64,000 nucleotides of DNA from an uncultured virus (IMG/VR IMGVR_UViG_3300047510_001499) (IMGVR_UViG_3300047510_001499); one strand, 5' to 3'. Counted from the first letter of the stretch, positions 26,808 to 37,261 are shown. Translations and numbers: made by a program. Notes: generated by a model from the sequence alone, not told the origin.

Positions 26808-28079
26808 ATGAAAAACCAACGCTTTGTTTATGGTTCAGTTGTTGAGAAAAACGGAATCCTCCTTTTCTCTGATGTGGAAGGTAAATTGTATAATTTGCCA
26901 GAGTTAAATGAAAAGGGAAGTCCCCTTTACAAACGAGCCCGAGCGGCTGCTAACGCTCCTGGCAAGTGGGCTTTTAAAGTTCGTGTTGTTGGGACATTAA
27001 AGAGTGGTTCTTTGGGATTCACTCGTGTTGGGGTTGAGATGCTCGCTGGAGCTGAACCCGTGACCAACTTTGATAAACCAAATGGTGGTCTTGAATCTTA
27101 TCTTTACAATTCTAATCCTACTACCGAACCTATGGTAACTAATGTTCCTGAAGATGTCCTTAACTTTATTCACAATGAAGCCGAGGGTCTCAAACCCAAG
27201 ATGTTGTTTATGAACTCACTCAAGTGGAAATACTTGGTTCGTAACATCATCCGTGGTAAGAACATTATGATGACCGGCCCTGCTGGTTGTGGTAAGACTA
27301 TGGCTGCTAAGGCGGCTGCTAACTCCCTTGAGGGTTACAACACCTTCATCATCAACTTGGGTGCTACACAAGACCCACGAACGACCTTGATTGGTAATAC
27401 TCAATTTGATACCACGAAAGGTACGGTGTTTAACTCATCACCATTTGTTAAGGCGATTCAGACTCCCAACATGGTGATTGTGTTGGATGAGATTACTCGT
27501 GCTCACCCAGAGGCTTGGAACATTCTGATGACGGTACTTGACCAAGGTCAACGCTACCTACGATTGGATGAGGCTGCTGACGCTCCTGTGGTTCGTGTCG
27601 CTGATGGTGTATCGTTTATCGCTTCCGCTAACATCGGTAACGAGTACACCGCTACACGAATGCTTGACCGGGCTATCCTTGACCGATTCACTATCATTGA
27701 GATGGATACCTTGACCAAAGAAGAAGAGACCCAACTGCTTCAGATGATGTATCCTTCAGTTGAGGCTGAGTTGATTGCAAGTGTGGCTGAGATTACTTCA
27801 ATGACTCGTAACGAGGTCAAAGGTGATTCTCCCAAACTTACCAACTCACTATCTACACGGGCTGCTGTGGAGATTGGTTCACTTCTCTACGATGGGTTCT
27901 CTCTTGAAGAGGCTGCTGAAATTACCATCTACCCATTCTTTGAAGAAGCCGGTGGTGCTCAATCTGAACGAGTCTACATCAAGCAGTTCGTTCAAAAGTT
28001 TATCAAGACTACATCTACCGAAGATATCTTCAATGTGGATGTTGATGTGGAAACTTACGATTACTCTAATCCTTTCTAA
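26808..28079 (+). CDS. MoxR/CbbQ/CobS-type AAA+ ATPase
   Basis: GPAGCGKT, VLDEITRA, ASAN, LDRAILDRF, STR. Confidence 0.92.
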   Translation: MKNQRFVYGSVVEKNGILLFSDVEGKLYNLPELNEKGSPLYKRARAAANAPGKWAFKVRVVGTLKSGSLGFTRVGVEMLAGAEPVTNFDKPNGGLESYLYNSNPTTEPMVTNVPEDVLNFIHNEAEGLKPKMLFMNSLKWKYLVRNIIRGKNIMMTGPAGCGKTMAAKAAANSLEGYNTFIINLGATQDPRTTLIGNTQFDTTKGTVFNSSPFVKAIQTPNMVIVLDEITRAHPEAWNILMTVLDQGQRYLRLDEAADAPVVRVADGVSFIASANIGNEYTATRMLDRAILDRFTIIEMDTLTKEEETQLLQMMYPSVEAELIASVAEITSMTRNEVKGDSPKLTNSLSTRAAVEIGSLLYDGFSLEEAAEITIYPFFEEAGGAQSERVYIKQFVQKFIKTTSTEDIFNVDVDVETYDYSNPF

Positions 28080-28672
28080 TGGATTTTAAAGAATCAATAG
28101 GAATTTTTCCAAACTCAATATCAGATGAGTTTTGCGACCACCTTGTTAGTATTTTTAACAATGAATGGAATAATCACTATATCGGAATTGTTGGGTCTGG
28201 TGAGGTAGAGTCACAATCTAAAGTATCACGAGATTTTAATTTGATTCAATATGAACAATACACCAATGAGGTGAATGTGTTGACTCAAATTTCAAACACT
28301 AAAATTAATGAATACATTTTAAGATATAAAGATGTTCCAAACTTAAACACAAAAGCTTGTGTATTTCAAAACGGAACTCATTATCCGGTATGGCAAATTC
28401 AATATTATAAAAAAGGTGAAGGTCACTTCAAACAATATCATACTGATGGTGATATAAAATTTGCAAGTCGTAGGTTTGCTGTAATGTTTTATTTAAATGA
28501 TGTTGAAACGGGTGGTGAAACCGAATTCCCATATTGGGATTTAAAAGTAAAACCCACCAAGGGAACATTCATAGTTTGGCCGGTTCCTTGGCCGTGGATA
28601 CATTCGGGTCATATTCCAATTTCAAACGATAAGTTTATTGTTACATCTTGGTTGACGCTAAACGAAAAATAA
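28079..28672 (+). CDS. 2OG-Fe(II) oxygenase
   Basis: HTD, FYLNDVETGGETEF, HSG, K..VTSW. Confidence 0.9.
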   Translation: MDFKESIGIFPNSISDEFCDHLVSIFNNEWNNHYIGIVGSGEVESQSKVSRDFNLIQYEQYTNEVNVLTQISNTKINEYILRYKDVPNLNTKACVFQNGTHYPVWQIQYYKKGEGHFKQYHTDGDIKFASRRFAVMFYLNDVETGGETEFPYWDLKVKPTKGTFIVWPVPWPWIHSGHIPISNDKFIVTSWLTLNEK

Positions 28673-28722
28673 TCAAAAATAATTTGGCAATTTAAATTTT
28701 ATTTCTTATCTTTACAATCGTT

Positions 28723-29148
28723 ATGGGATACAACAAATTTCAATGGTGGATGAATGGTCAAAACAAACGCCGACCTTTGGGTAAAAATTCATCACTATTA
28801 GACAAAATTAAAAATGGAGATTTTGACTATTCACCATTGTTTGATGCTTCTAAAAAATGTCGTGAAGATGCTGACCTTGCTTACGAATTGGCTTATAAAA
28901 ACTACCTTGGTAATGATGAGTCAAATCGTAAACGGGCGGCTGAAGATAGTGCTCGTATGACCCGAGTTCGGGCGTTGAAACTCAAGGAGACTGCAAATGA
29001 ACAAGAAAACAAACGACTGATTGATTTGCGGATTGCTTTAAAAAATGAGTTTGGCGCTGACCTTTGGGACAAAATGATGGAAGAAACTCCTATGTCTTTA
29101 GTTGAATTATATAAATGGTATGAAAAACAAGTTCGTAAAGCTAAGTGA
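28723..29148 (+). CDS. hypothetical protein
   Basis: Follows promoter TTTG 28683 / TATCTTTA 28707. Confidence 0.75.
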   Translation: MGYNKFQWWMNGQNKRRPLGKNSSLLDKIKNGDFDYSPLFDASKKCREDADLAYELAYKNYLGNDESNRKRAAEDSARMTRVRALKLKETANEQENKRLIDLRIALKNEFGADLWDKMMEETPMSLVELYKWYEKQVRKAK

Positions 29149-29395
29149 TAGTGAGGTAGAGAAACTCAACGATGATGAGTTGATGACCTACCTTGATAAT
29201 CTATCAGAACATCTGATGAAAGGAGCAGCCCCTTTGCCCGGCTATTACCTAAAACGATTTGCGTATATGGATGCTAAACAACGAGGTGTAGAAATTACCG
29301 ATGAACAACATCGTGAACTAAATAAACTGGCAATTAAATATCGTAAAGAAGCAAATGAAAAAATTATCCAAAAAATTCAAGAAGATGGGATTTAA
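29120..29395 (+). CDS. hypothetical protein
   Basis: ORF track, start adjusted. Confidence 0.65.
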   Translation: MKNKFVKLSDSEVEKLNDDELMTYLDNLSEHLMKGAAPLPGYYLKRFAYMDAKQRGVEITDEQHRELNKLAIKYRKEANEKIIQKIQEDGI

Positions 29396-29564
29396 TAAAA
29401 TGTTTGTTCCAAGTATTAACATCGTATCCGCTGAGGTTTATGATTATGGTGTTGAGTGGGTTGTTCAAAAATACGGAAAGGCTGATGCTTTGATGGGCGA
29501 CTCCGAATCAGTTGACTACATTAACCGACTAATTCAGATTAAAAATGAAAATGAATTACGATAG
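29385..29564 (+). CDS. hypothetical protein
   Basis: ORF track, start adjusted. Confidence 0.6.
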   Translation: MGFNKMFVPSINIVSAEVYDYGVEWVVQKYGKADALMGDSESVDYINRLIQIKNENELR

Positions 29565-29856
29565 TGATGAGGACTTTAACGAACTCTATGAGAATGTTAA
29601 AGAATATATGTATCAAGAGAATTTTTTTGAAACTGCTCATATTGAATACGAAGGTCGGTTTTTAGACATTGTAAAACACCTTCTTATGGTAGCGAACGAT
29701 GATGACCTATTATCAGAATTGTTAATTAAAGCTATTAAAATATATCGTGAAATTGAAATAGATGAAGCGATTGAATCCCTTTCCGAAACTGGTCTTATTC
29801 GGATGGTTGTAGATGAGAATGGAAATCTTGGATACGAAATAAATTTTAAAGACTAA
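29551..29856 (+). CDS. hypothetical protein
   Basis: ORF track. Confidence 0.65.
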   Translation: MNYDSDEDFNELYENVKEYMYQENFFETAHIEYEGRFLDIVKHLLMVANDDDLLSELLIKAIKIYREIEIDEAIESLSETGLIRMVVDENGNLGYEINFKD

Positions 29857-29888
29857 TTATTAAACAACTAACCCTAATTTTTTTATTT

Positions 29889-30089
29889 ATGAGTTACTAT
29901 GTAGTAAAGGTTAAAGTTAACCAAGAAGATGCAAAAGGTCGTATCAAAAAATTGACCGAACAATATATGGTTCACGCAGTATCCGTTACTGATGCTGAAG
30001 CCAAGGTTGTTGCAGACTTTGAAGGTTCTAATTTGGAGTTTGAAGTGTCAGCAGTAATTGAAACAAAAATCATCAAGGTAATTGAATGA
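29889..30089 (+). CDS. DUF4494-family protein
   Basis: KGRIKKLTEQYMVHAVSVTDAEAKV...FEVSAVIETKI. Confidence 0.75.
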   Translation: MSYYVVKVKVNQEDAKGRIKKLTEQYMVHAVSVTDAEAKVVADFEGSNLEFEVSAVIETKIIKVIE

Positions 30090-30337
30090 ATCTAATGATT
30101 GGTGAAAAAGTAATTGCGGAGGTAAATGGTGTCCACAAAGTGGGCACCATTGTCTCCAAGACAAAGTTGAAACGAGGTAATACCTACGCATTAAAATTGG
30201 AAGATGGAAAGCTCATTGATGTGTGTTCTATCAACAAAGAATTGTCTCCGTATTGCCACATTAAACGAGGTCTTACGAAATCATTAAATAAAATAGAAGA
30301 TGATAACTCCGGACAAGAAGAAGTTTCAAAGTCTTAA
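30086..30337 (+). CDS. hypothetical protein
   Basis: ATGA overlap. Confidence 0.65.
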   Translation: MNLMIGEKVIAEVNGVHKVGTIVSKTKLKRGNTYALKLEDGKLIDVCSINKELSPYCHIKRGLTKSLNKIEDDNSGQEEVSKS

Positions 30338-30599
30338 GCGAAAAGTTCTAAAGGTATTCCCTAACGCCAAAACACATATGACTAAAGATGGTCAGTATTA
30401 TGTATCTAATGGTGAGGGTGGAATAATTGGGTCAGAGCACCTGATACCAGCACAATCAAATGTAATGAATGCTTGGTATTGGGCTGCGGAATCCGTTAAA
30501 ATTGAACGAAACATTGAACGAACTTCACCAAATCGTATGAGTTTGGACTCATTTGAGAAAAAATTTGAAAGAATCTCTAATAGAAACAAAAGATATTAA
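30300..30599 (+). CDS. hypothetical protein
   Basis: ORF track. Confidence 0.65.
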   Translation: MITPDKKKFQSLKRKVLKVFPNAKTHMTKDGQYYVSNGEGGIIGSEHLIPAQSNVMNAWYWAAESVKIERNIERTSPNRMSLDSFEKKFERISNRNKRY

Positions 30600-30643
30600 G
30601 CTCAAGCAAACTATTTATATTCGTTAACTATAAATTTTTTGTT

Positions 30644-30937
30644 ATGAAAAAATATAACCAAAACCAACGAAATGGTTCACTAAACCACTCGTATGGTGTT
30701 TCTGACTCTGAAGAAGCTAGACTAAATAAAGCATTCGGAGAAAAGTTCTCATCCATTGATTTTGAATTTGATTTAGAAGAATCGGATTACCCTATTAAGA
30801 ACTCAACTCAAATTGGAGCTCTTGTAGTTGGTGATTACCGAATCTCACTATCACTTGGTGAAATGGATAGAATTATGCGCACATTAGAAGATACATTAAC
30901 CACTGTGAATATGAAGGGAAGGTTGGGTGTCTTTTAA
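30644..30937 (+). CDS. hypothetical protein
   Basis: Preceded by ACTATTTATAT motif. Confidence 0.7.
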   Translation: MKKYNQNQRNGSLNHSYGVSDSEEARLNKAFGEKFSSIDFEFDLEESDYPIKNSTQIGALVVGDYRISLSLGEMDRIMRTLEDTLTTVNMKGRLGVF

Positions 30938-30961
30938 CTACTTATAATAAAGGGGGTCGGT

Positions 30962-31270
30962 ATGGGTGATGAATCTTGGGATGAGGCAGAATACAACTTT
31001 TTTTCAAGTCTATCAGATGAAGACAAGTTGTATTACATATACGATGTATTTACAGAGGAATTTGTTGAATTTGAAGATACCTATGTATCATCCGTTGAAA
31101 TTACAATTACCGATACCCATCTTATTATATCTTGTGAAGAGCCGGATATATCAAAAAAATTAATATCATCATTTATTATGGATGGTATGATATTACAATT
31201 TCAAGAAGAAAAACATTCATCGCTTTTTTACAAGATAGTAGGTAATACTGAAAATATGTCAGTAAACTGA
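30962..31270 (+). CDS. acidic hypothetical protein
   Basis: Preceded by ACTACTTATAA motif. Confidence 0.65.
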   Translation: MGDESWDEAEYNFFSSLSDEDKLYYIYDVFTEEFVEFEDTYVSSVEITITDTHLIISCEEPDISKKLISSFIMDGMILQFQEEKHSSLFYKIVGNTENMSVN

Positions 31271-31370
31271 CAAAGTGTATTATAATACACAATTGGTATG
31301 TATTTTGTCCCTTTTATGATACATTAACATTCAAAAGGGTAATATAATACACTTTAATTTGAAAAACAAA

Positions 31371-33227
31371 ATGAGCAAAATAATTGGTATTGATTTAGGA
31401 ACTACTAACTCGTGTATTTCCGTAATTGAGGGTGGTGAATCCGTGGTGATTGTAAATGGTGAAGGCGCTAGAACAACACCATCGGTAATTTCTTTTGATA
31501 AGGGTGAAGTAAAGATTGGGGCGGCTGCTAAACGAGTTGCAGTGACCAATCCTAAAAATACCCTATATTCAGTAAAGCGTTTCATTGGTAAGCGTTATTC
31601 TGAATTAAATAAAGACCACCTTAATGTTGGATACGAAGTAAAGAAAGGTCCAAACGACTCTATTCTTATTCAAGCGAACGGAAGAGATTATGTTCCACAG
31701 GAGATTTCGGCAATGGTTCTCCAAAACATTCGTAAGTCTGCGGAAGCATATCTTGGTGAAGATGTTCGTAAAGCGGTAATCACGGTTCCTGCATATTTCA
31801 ATGATTCACAACGACAAGCAACCAAAGAAGCCGGTGAAATTGCCGGGTTAGAGGTAATGCGTATCATTAACGAACCAACAGCCGCAGCACTCGCTTATGG
31901 TTTGAACAAGAAAGATACTGATATGAAAATCGCAGTATTTGACTTGGGTGGTGGAACTTTTGATATATCAATCCTTGAATTGGGTGATGGTGTATTTGAA
32001 GTTCTATCTACAAATGGTGATACACAACTTGGTGGTGACAACTTTGATGAGGCGATTGTAGAACATATTGTCTCTATGATTAAAACCACCAAAGGAGTTG
32101 ACTTAACAAGTGACTCAATGGCTATGCAGAGAATCCGTGAAGCTGCTGAAAAAGCTAAAATTGAATTATCATCTACAACATCTACGGATATTAACCTACC
32201 ATACATTTCAGTAGGTCAAGATGGTCCTATTCATTTTGAAACATCATTGTCTCAATCGGATTTTAATCGTTTAACATTACCACTTGTGGACCGATGTATG
32301 AAACCTTGTCAACAAGCCGTTAAGGATGCTGCTGTTTCATTGAGTGATATTGATGAAGTTATTCTTGTAGGTGGTTCAACTCGTATCCCAGCCGTTCAAG
32401 ACGCCGTTGAAAAGTTCTTTGGTAAAAAACCAAGTAAGGGTGTGAATCCTGATGAGGTTGTTGCTGTTGGAGCTGCTATTCAAGGTGGTGTTCTTGGTGG
32501 TGATGTTAAAGATGTTCTTCTTTTGGATGTGACTCCATTGAGTTTGGGTATTGAAACTCTTGGTGGTGTGTTTACGGCTATCATTGATGCAAACACAACC
32601 ATTCCGGTGAAAAAATCACAAACATTCTCAACCGTATCGGACAATCAACAAGTTTTAGAGGTTCACGTTTTACAAGGTGAACGACCTATGGCGAAAGACA
32701 ATAGAACTTTGGGTAGGTTCCACTTGGAAGGTATTCCAATGGCTCCTCGTGGGGTTCCACAAGTTGAAGTTACATTTGATATTGATGCTAATGGTATTTT
32801 AAATGTGTCCGCAAAAGACTTGGGAACTAAAAAAGAACAAAGAGTACGAATTGAATCTTCAACAGGATTATCCAAGGATGAAATCCAACGTATGAGGGAT
32901 GAGGCTGAAATGAATCGTGAAGAGGATTTGAAACGACAAGAATCGGTGACGCTCATTAATGCTGCTGATGGCTATTTGTTCTCCAGCGAAAAACAAATAC
33001 AAGAATTGAATGATAAAATTCAATCAGATGAGAAAGAGAAATTGGAAAGTCTTATGAGGGACTTAAAATCCGCAGTTGATAGTAGAGATATAGAATTAGT
33101 TAAAGATAGTAAGATAAAATTAGAATCTGCGTGGTCAAAAGTCACAACACGAATGTATCAGAACCCGCCAACTCAAACGGGTGATAGTACACAAGACATA
33201 GAGTTTGAAGAAGTTACGAACTCGTAA
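31371..33227 (+). CDS. dnaK: Hsp70 chaperone DnaK
   Basis: [56 protein letters not shown]. Confidence 0.98.
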   Translation: MSKIIGIDLGTTNSCISVIEGGESVVIVNGEGARTTPSVISFDKGEVKIGAAAKRVAVTNPKNTLYSVKRFIGKRYSELNKDHLNVGYEVKKGPNDSILIQANGRDYVPQEISAMVLQNIRKSAEAYLGEDVRKAVITVPAYFNDSQRQATKEAGEIAGLEVMRIINEPTAAALAYGLNKKDTDMKIAVFDLGGGTFDISILELGDGVFEVLSTNGDTQLGGDNFDEAIVEHIVSMIKTTKGVDLTSDSMAMQRIREAAEKAKIELSSTTSTDINLPYISVGQDGPIHFETSLSQSDFNRLTLPLVDRCMKPCQQAVKDAAVSLSDIDEVILVGGSTRIPAVQDAVEKFFGKKPSKGVNPDEVVAVGAAIQGGVLGGDVKDVLLLDVTPLSLGIETLGGVFTAIIDANTTIPVKKSQTFSTVSDNQQVLEVHVLQGERPMAKDNRTLGRFHLEGIPMAPRGVPQVEVTFDIDANGILNVSAKDLGTKKEQRVRIESSTGLSKDEIQRMRDEAEMNREEDLKRQESVTLINAADGYLFSSEKQIQELNDKIQSDEKEKLESLMRDLKSAVDSRDIELVKDSKIKLESAWSKVTTRMYQNPPTQTGDSTQDIEFEEVTNS

Positions 33228-33231
33228 TGAT

Positions 33232-33287
33232 TTAACAATTTCTTAATATAGGGGGCTTGGAAAAGTCCCCTATTTTTTTTATCTTTA
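33232..33287 (+). promoter_or_regulatory. TTAACA box plus promoter overlapping a terminator hairpin
   Basis: TTAACAATTTCTTAATAT; ATAGGGGGCTT-GGAA-AAGTCCCCTAT plus T-run; TATCTTTA 33280. Confidence 0.75.
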
Positions 33288-33304
33288 TGTATAAAGAAAA
33301 AACT

Positions 33305-34234
33305 ATGACAAATTTAGGTTATTGTTGCATCAATATGACCCTTGGTAAGGACAAGATTACTACCAATCGGTCTATGGTCAAAAAAACATTTCTCAAAGAG
33401 GGTATTAGTCGGTCATCCGACCTTGCTGTACAAAACGCAAAAGACTTGGTGGAGATTATCAAGTGGAATCACAAGAATGGTTTCAAACTATTTCGTATGA
33501 CTTCTGACCTCGTTCCTTGGGCCAGTGAGTTTCATTTGAACGAAATGCCCGACTACGACAAGTTCTCTAATGTCCTCAAGGGTGCAGGTACGCTTGCCAA
33601 GACCTATGGACAGCGTATAACATCACATCCCGGCCCATTTAATGTCTTGGTGTCTCCCAACGAGAAAGTCGTTCAGAACACGATTAAAGACCTTTCTATA
33701 CACGGAGAACACTTTGACCTTATGGGATTGGAACGAACCCCACACAACCTTATTAACATCCATTGTAATGGGGTCTATGGTGATAAACAATCTGCTATGG
33801 ATAGGTTTTGTAAAAACTTTGAATTGCTGCCAGAATCAGTTCAAACACGATTGACTGTTGAGAACGATGACAAGGGAAGTATGTATTCAGTTAAGGACCT
33901 TATGTATATCCACGAGCGTGTTGGTATTCCTATTGTCTTTGACTATCACCACCACACCTTCAATACCGGTGGTCTTACTGAACAAGAAGCCCTTGAACTT
34001 GCTATGTCCACTTGGGGTGATGTTAAACCATTAGTCCACTACTCTGAATCCAAAACATTGGAAGACCCTACTGCTAAACCTCAAGCACACTCTGACTACA
34101 TCTATTCCGAGATTAATACCTATGGTCATAACCTTGATATTGACATTGAAGCCAAGATGAAAGAGCTGACAGTATTAGACTATATTTCCAAATTTGGTCA
34201 ACACTCAACAGGGCATAATATGGGGAAAGCTTAA
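33305..34234 (+). CDS. uvsE: UV-damage endonuclease
   Basis: LGYCCIN, LFRMTSDLVP, SHPGPFNVL, RLTVENDD, VFDYHHH, HYSES, AHSD, IEAKMKE. Confidence 0.93.
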   Translation: MTNLGYCCINMTLGKDKITTNRSMVKKTFLKEGISRSSDLAVQNAKDLVEIIKWNHKNGFKLFRMTSDLVPWASEFHLNEMPDYDKFSNVLKGAGTLAKTYGQRITSHPGPFNVLVSPNEKVVQNTIKDLSIHGEHFDLMGLERTPHNLINIHCNGVYGDKQSAMDRFCKNFELLPESVQTRLTVENDDKGSMYSVKDLMYIHERVGIPIVFDYHHHTFNTGGLTEQEALELAMSTWGDVKPLVHYSESKTLEDPTAKPQAHSDYIYSEINTYGHNLDIDIEAKMKELTVLDYISKFGQHSTGHNMGKA

Positions 34235-34367
34235 TATAATCTGTTATTATTCAAGCACTTTAATATTTATTAACCACAGGGTGCTTAAGCACTTAAGCTT
34301 TAAGCGACTTAATAAGTGATTATAAGTATCGCTCCTGAAGTTAATGAAAATAGGTTTTTAGGAAAAT

Positions 34368-35471
34368 ATGAAAAATTTTTTTAATAGAAAGAACGGATTT
34401 GTTTTACTGATGATTATCAGCACTTTTGCTCTGGCTGGGTCTGCTGCATATTATTCGGTATTTGGATTAAGTTCTCTTTTCGCTGGGGCCAGAACCGAGG
34501 TTATTATAATGGCTGGTGCTTTAGAATTTTCTAAACTAATTCTTGCATCATACCTACATAATCATTGGAGTAAAGCTGGTTGGATGAAATGGTATTTAAC
34601 CTTTGCAGTTGGTATCCTTATGGTAATTACATCAGCTGGTATTTACGGATTCCTAACATCAGCATATCAATCTACTGCTGATAAATTAGGAACTACTGAT
34701 AAGTTGGTGGAAGTGGTTGAATTGAAAAAGGGAAGGTTTCAAGAGCAATTAACTTACTACAATGATGAAAAATTAAAATTGAATGAATCCATCAACGGAC
34801 TTCGTGGTGGTTTAGCTAATAATACTCAATCTCGTGTTGATAGAAATGGTAACGTAATTACATCTACATCATCATCACAGCGAAGGTCTTTAGAATCTCA
34901 ATTAAAAAGCGCAGTAGAACAACGAGAGTCTATCTCAAAAAAGATTGAAGTGTTAACCGATTCTATCACCAAATTAGAATTAAATGTATTGGATTTACAA
35001 ACCAATAACGAAGTAGCGGCAGAAGTGGGACCTCTCCGTTATATGTCTGAAATTACAGGCAAACCTATGAATGTAATCGTAAACTGGTTTACCCTTTTGA
35101 TTGTATTCGTATTTGACCCTTTAGCCATTTCAATGGTAATTGCTTTAAATAAATTAACTAAAAAAGAGAATGAAAATGGAAATGAACTTTATTCTATCAA
35201 CACTAGCAGTAGTGATAACAATAGCAGCGTTGGGATTCCTAACAGCGACACCAATAATGAAGAAGTATTACAATCAGAGTATTCAAGCGGAGAATCAATT
35301 GAAACAAACGCAGACCCAATTAAGTCAGAAGATATTACGATTGAAGAACAAACTAAAAAAGAAAAAGAAGAAGTAGTATTTGTTCCAACCGATGAAGACG
35401 CTATAATTGATGCTCGTACTTTATATAATGAAACTTATCAAAAAAAGCAACAACACACATACCTAAAATAA
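34368..35471 (+). CDS. membrane protein with coiled coil
   Basis: Three N-terminal TMs (SAAYYSVFGL, LEFSKL, ITSAGIYGFL), coiled coil, EVGPLRY, FVFDPLA. Confidence 0.75.
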   Translation: MKNFFNRKNGFVLLMIISTFALAGSAAYYSVFGLSSLFAGARTEVIIMAGALEFSKLILASYLHNHWSKAGWMKWYLTFAVGILMVITSAGIYGFLTSAYQSTADKLGTTDKLVEVVELKKGRFQEQLTYYNDEKLKLNESINGLRGGLANNTQSRVDRNGNVITSTSSSQRRSLESQLKSAVEQRESISKKIEVLTDSITKLELNVLDLQTNNEVAAEVGPLRYMSEITGKPMNVIVNWFTLLIVFVFDPLAISMVIALNKLTKKENENGNELYSINTSSSDNNSSVGIPNSDTNNEEVLQSEYSSGESIETNADPIKSEDITIEEQTKKEKEEVVFVPTDEDAIIDARTLYNETYQKKQQHTYLK

Positions 35472-35526
35472 ATTTGGATAATTCAATTATTTTTCGTATA
35501 TTTGTATCAATATAAATTATAAATCT

Positions 35527-36159
35527 ATGGATGAACTATATACAACTACTTTAGGCAATACCACTAAAATTGCTTATGAAGAAACAAATAACGATGGAAC
35601 TGATATTGATAACCATCGTAAATTTTATCGTGAGTTTGACTATGGTATTGATACCGAAGACAATGTAATCTTTATCCAAGATGAAATCCAAAGCGGACTT
35701 ACCTTTGATATTGTATCTAAAGTCCGATTGTTGAAAAAAATCAATGGTAATATTGACACGGTAAATATTCTACTGAACTCCGGCGGTGGTGATGTAATTG
35801 AAACTCTTGCGTTGATTGATTATATGAAATCACAAAAAGACCAAATGAAGTTTAACATTATTGTTCGTGGTATGGCTATGTCCGCAGCCGCTCTTCTTTT
35901 GGCTAATGGAACCGGAACTCGTGCTGCAAGTAAACACTCCAAGATTATGGTTCACCAATTGTCTACTATCGTAGTTGGTAAGTTGAGTGATGTTAAATCA
36001 AATGCAAAGTTTAGTGAAGAGTTGGAAACTGAATGTAATCAGTTGATGGCTGAAAGCACAAAAATGGATAAGGACTATTGGCAGAACATCCAAAGTTCAG
36101 ATTATTTTATGTCGGCTGAAAAGGCTTTGGAATTAGGAATTATTGATGTAATCATTTAA
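35527..36159 (+). CDS. ClpP-like protease
   Basis: LNSGGGDV, GMAMSAAA, IMVHQ, DYFMSAEKALELGIID. Confidence 0.88.
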   Translation: MDELYTTTLGNTTKIAYEETNNDGTDIDNHRKFYREFDYGIDTEDNVIFIQDEIQSGLTFDIVSKVRLLKKINGNIDTVNILLNSGGGDVIETLALIDYMKSQKDQMKFNIIVRGMAMSAAALLLANGTGTRAASKHSKIMVHQLSTIVVGKLSDVKSNAKFSEELETECNQLMAESTKMDKDYWQNIQSSDYFMSAEKALELGIIDVII

Positions 36160-36162
36160 ACT

Positions 36163-36954
36163 ATGGTAAATTTTTTCACGGCGGAAGAACTTGTAGAAAA
36201 CTATGAGAAATTTCGTAAACTAATCAATCAAACCTTTACCGGTGAACGATTGGATGCTCTCAACAAAATGTACGACCATTTTGAAGAGCGTATGATTTAC
36301 ACCCCAGCATCTTCAACTGAACACTTCCATAATGCTTTTCCAGGTGGGTATGTAGACCACGTTCTTCGTGTCACTCGTAATGCTTTGAAGGTATATGACT
36401 TGTATACCGAATTGGGTATGGGTATGAATGATTACACTCGTGAAAACTTAATCTTTACAGCCCTACACCACGACTTGGGTAAGTTGGGAACTCCATCGGA
36501 AGATTTATACATCAAGAACGATTCGGAATGGCATGTAAAAAACCAAGGTAAAATTTACAAGTACAATCCAAATATTCATTGGATGTCTTTAAATGATAGA
36601 ACTTTTTACAATCTAAACTACTTTGGTATTAAGTGTACGGAAGAGGAGTGGATTAGTATTAAACTTACCGATGGATTGTATGATGATAATAACAAAGAGT
36701 ATTTCATCAAATTTGATAAAGACCAAGCAATCAAAACATCGCTTCCGTTTATAATGCACACTGCTGACTTGTTTGCTGCACGATTTGAGAATGAACGATG
36801 GATTAAAGAAATGCAACCACAAAAATCAACTCGTAGTGTAACGAATGGTAGACCTGCTATTAAAGCATCAAAATTATCTGATACCTTTCAGACGAGTGGT
36901 ACGTTTACAACAACAAATGTGTTTGATGCTTTTAAAGATGTAATTGAGGATTAA
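36163..36954 (+). CDS. HD-domain hydrolase
   Basis: PAS..HFHNAFPGGYVDH, HHDLGK, HTAD. Confidence 0.85.
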   Translation: MVNFFTAEELVENYEKFRKLINQTFTGERLDALNKMYDHFEERMIYTPASSTEHFHNAFPGGYVDHVLRVTRNALKVYDLYTELGMGMNDYTRENLIFTALHHDLGKLGTPSEDLYIKNDSEWHVKNQGKIYKYNPNIHWMSLNDRTFYNLNYFGIKCTEEEWISIKLTDGLYDDNNKEYFIKFDKDQAIKTSLPFIMHTADLFAARFENERWIKEMQPQKSTRSVTNGRPAIKASKLSDTFQTSGTFTTTNVFDAFKDVIED

Positions 36955-36955
36955 T

Positions 36956-37261
36956 ATGATTTGGATTATTTTTATTTTATTATCAGTTTGTGTATCGCTT
37001 GGATATGCTGTTAGAAACTTACTAAAAAAGTATGAAGCTCTTGAAGCGGAGTTTGAAGATTTGACTGAAACTTATGAACAAGCTGAAGTCCAGTTGTCTG
37101 ATATGGCTGGTCATATTGACAACGCTTTGACTCGTATGAAGGATATTGATAAGATTGGTTCGTTTGAAGCTGATGATGAAACTGGCTATGTGTTTAAAGA
37201 AATGTATGAAATCGTACAACAATTAGAAGATTATTACAATGGCCAGAAAAGCGAAGAGTAA
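36956..37261 (+). CDS. membrane-anchored coiled-coil protein
   Basis: N-terminal TM; FEADDETGYVF. Confidence 0.7.
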   Translation: MIWIIFILLSVCVSLGYAVRNLLKKYEALEAEFEDLTETYEQAEVQLSDMAGHIDNALTRMKDIDKIGSFEADDETGYVFKEMYEIVQQLEDYYNGQKSEE

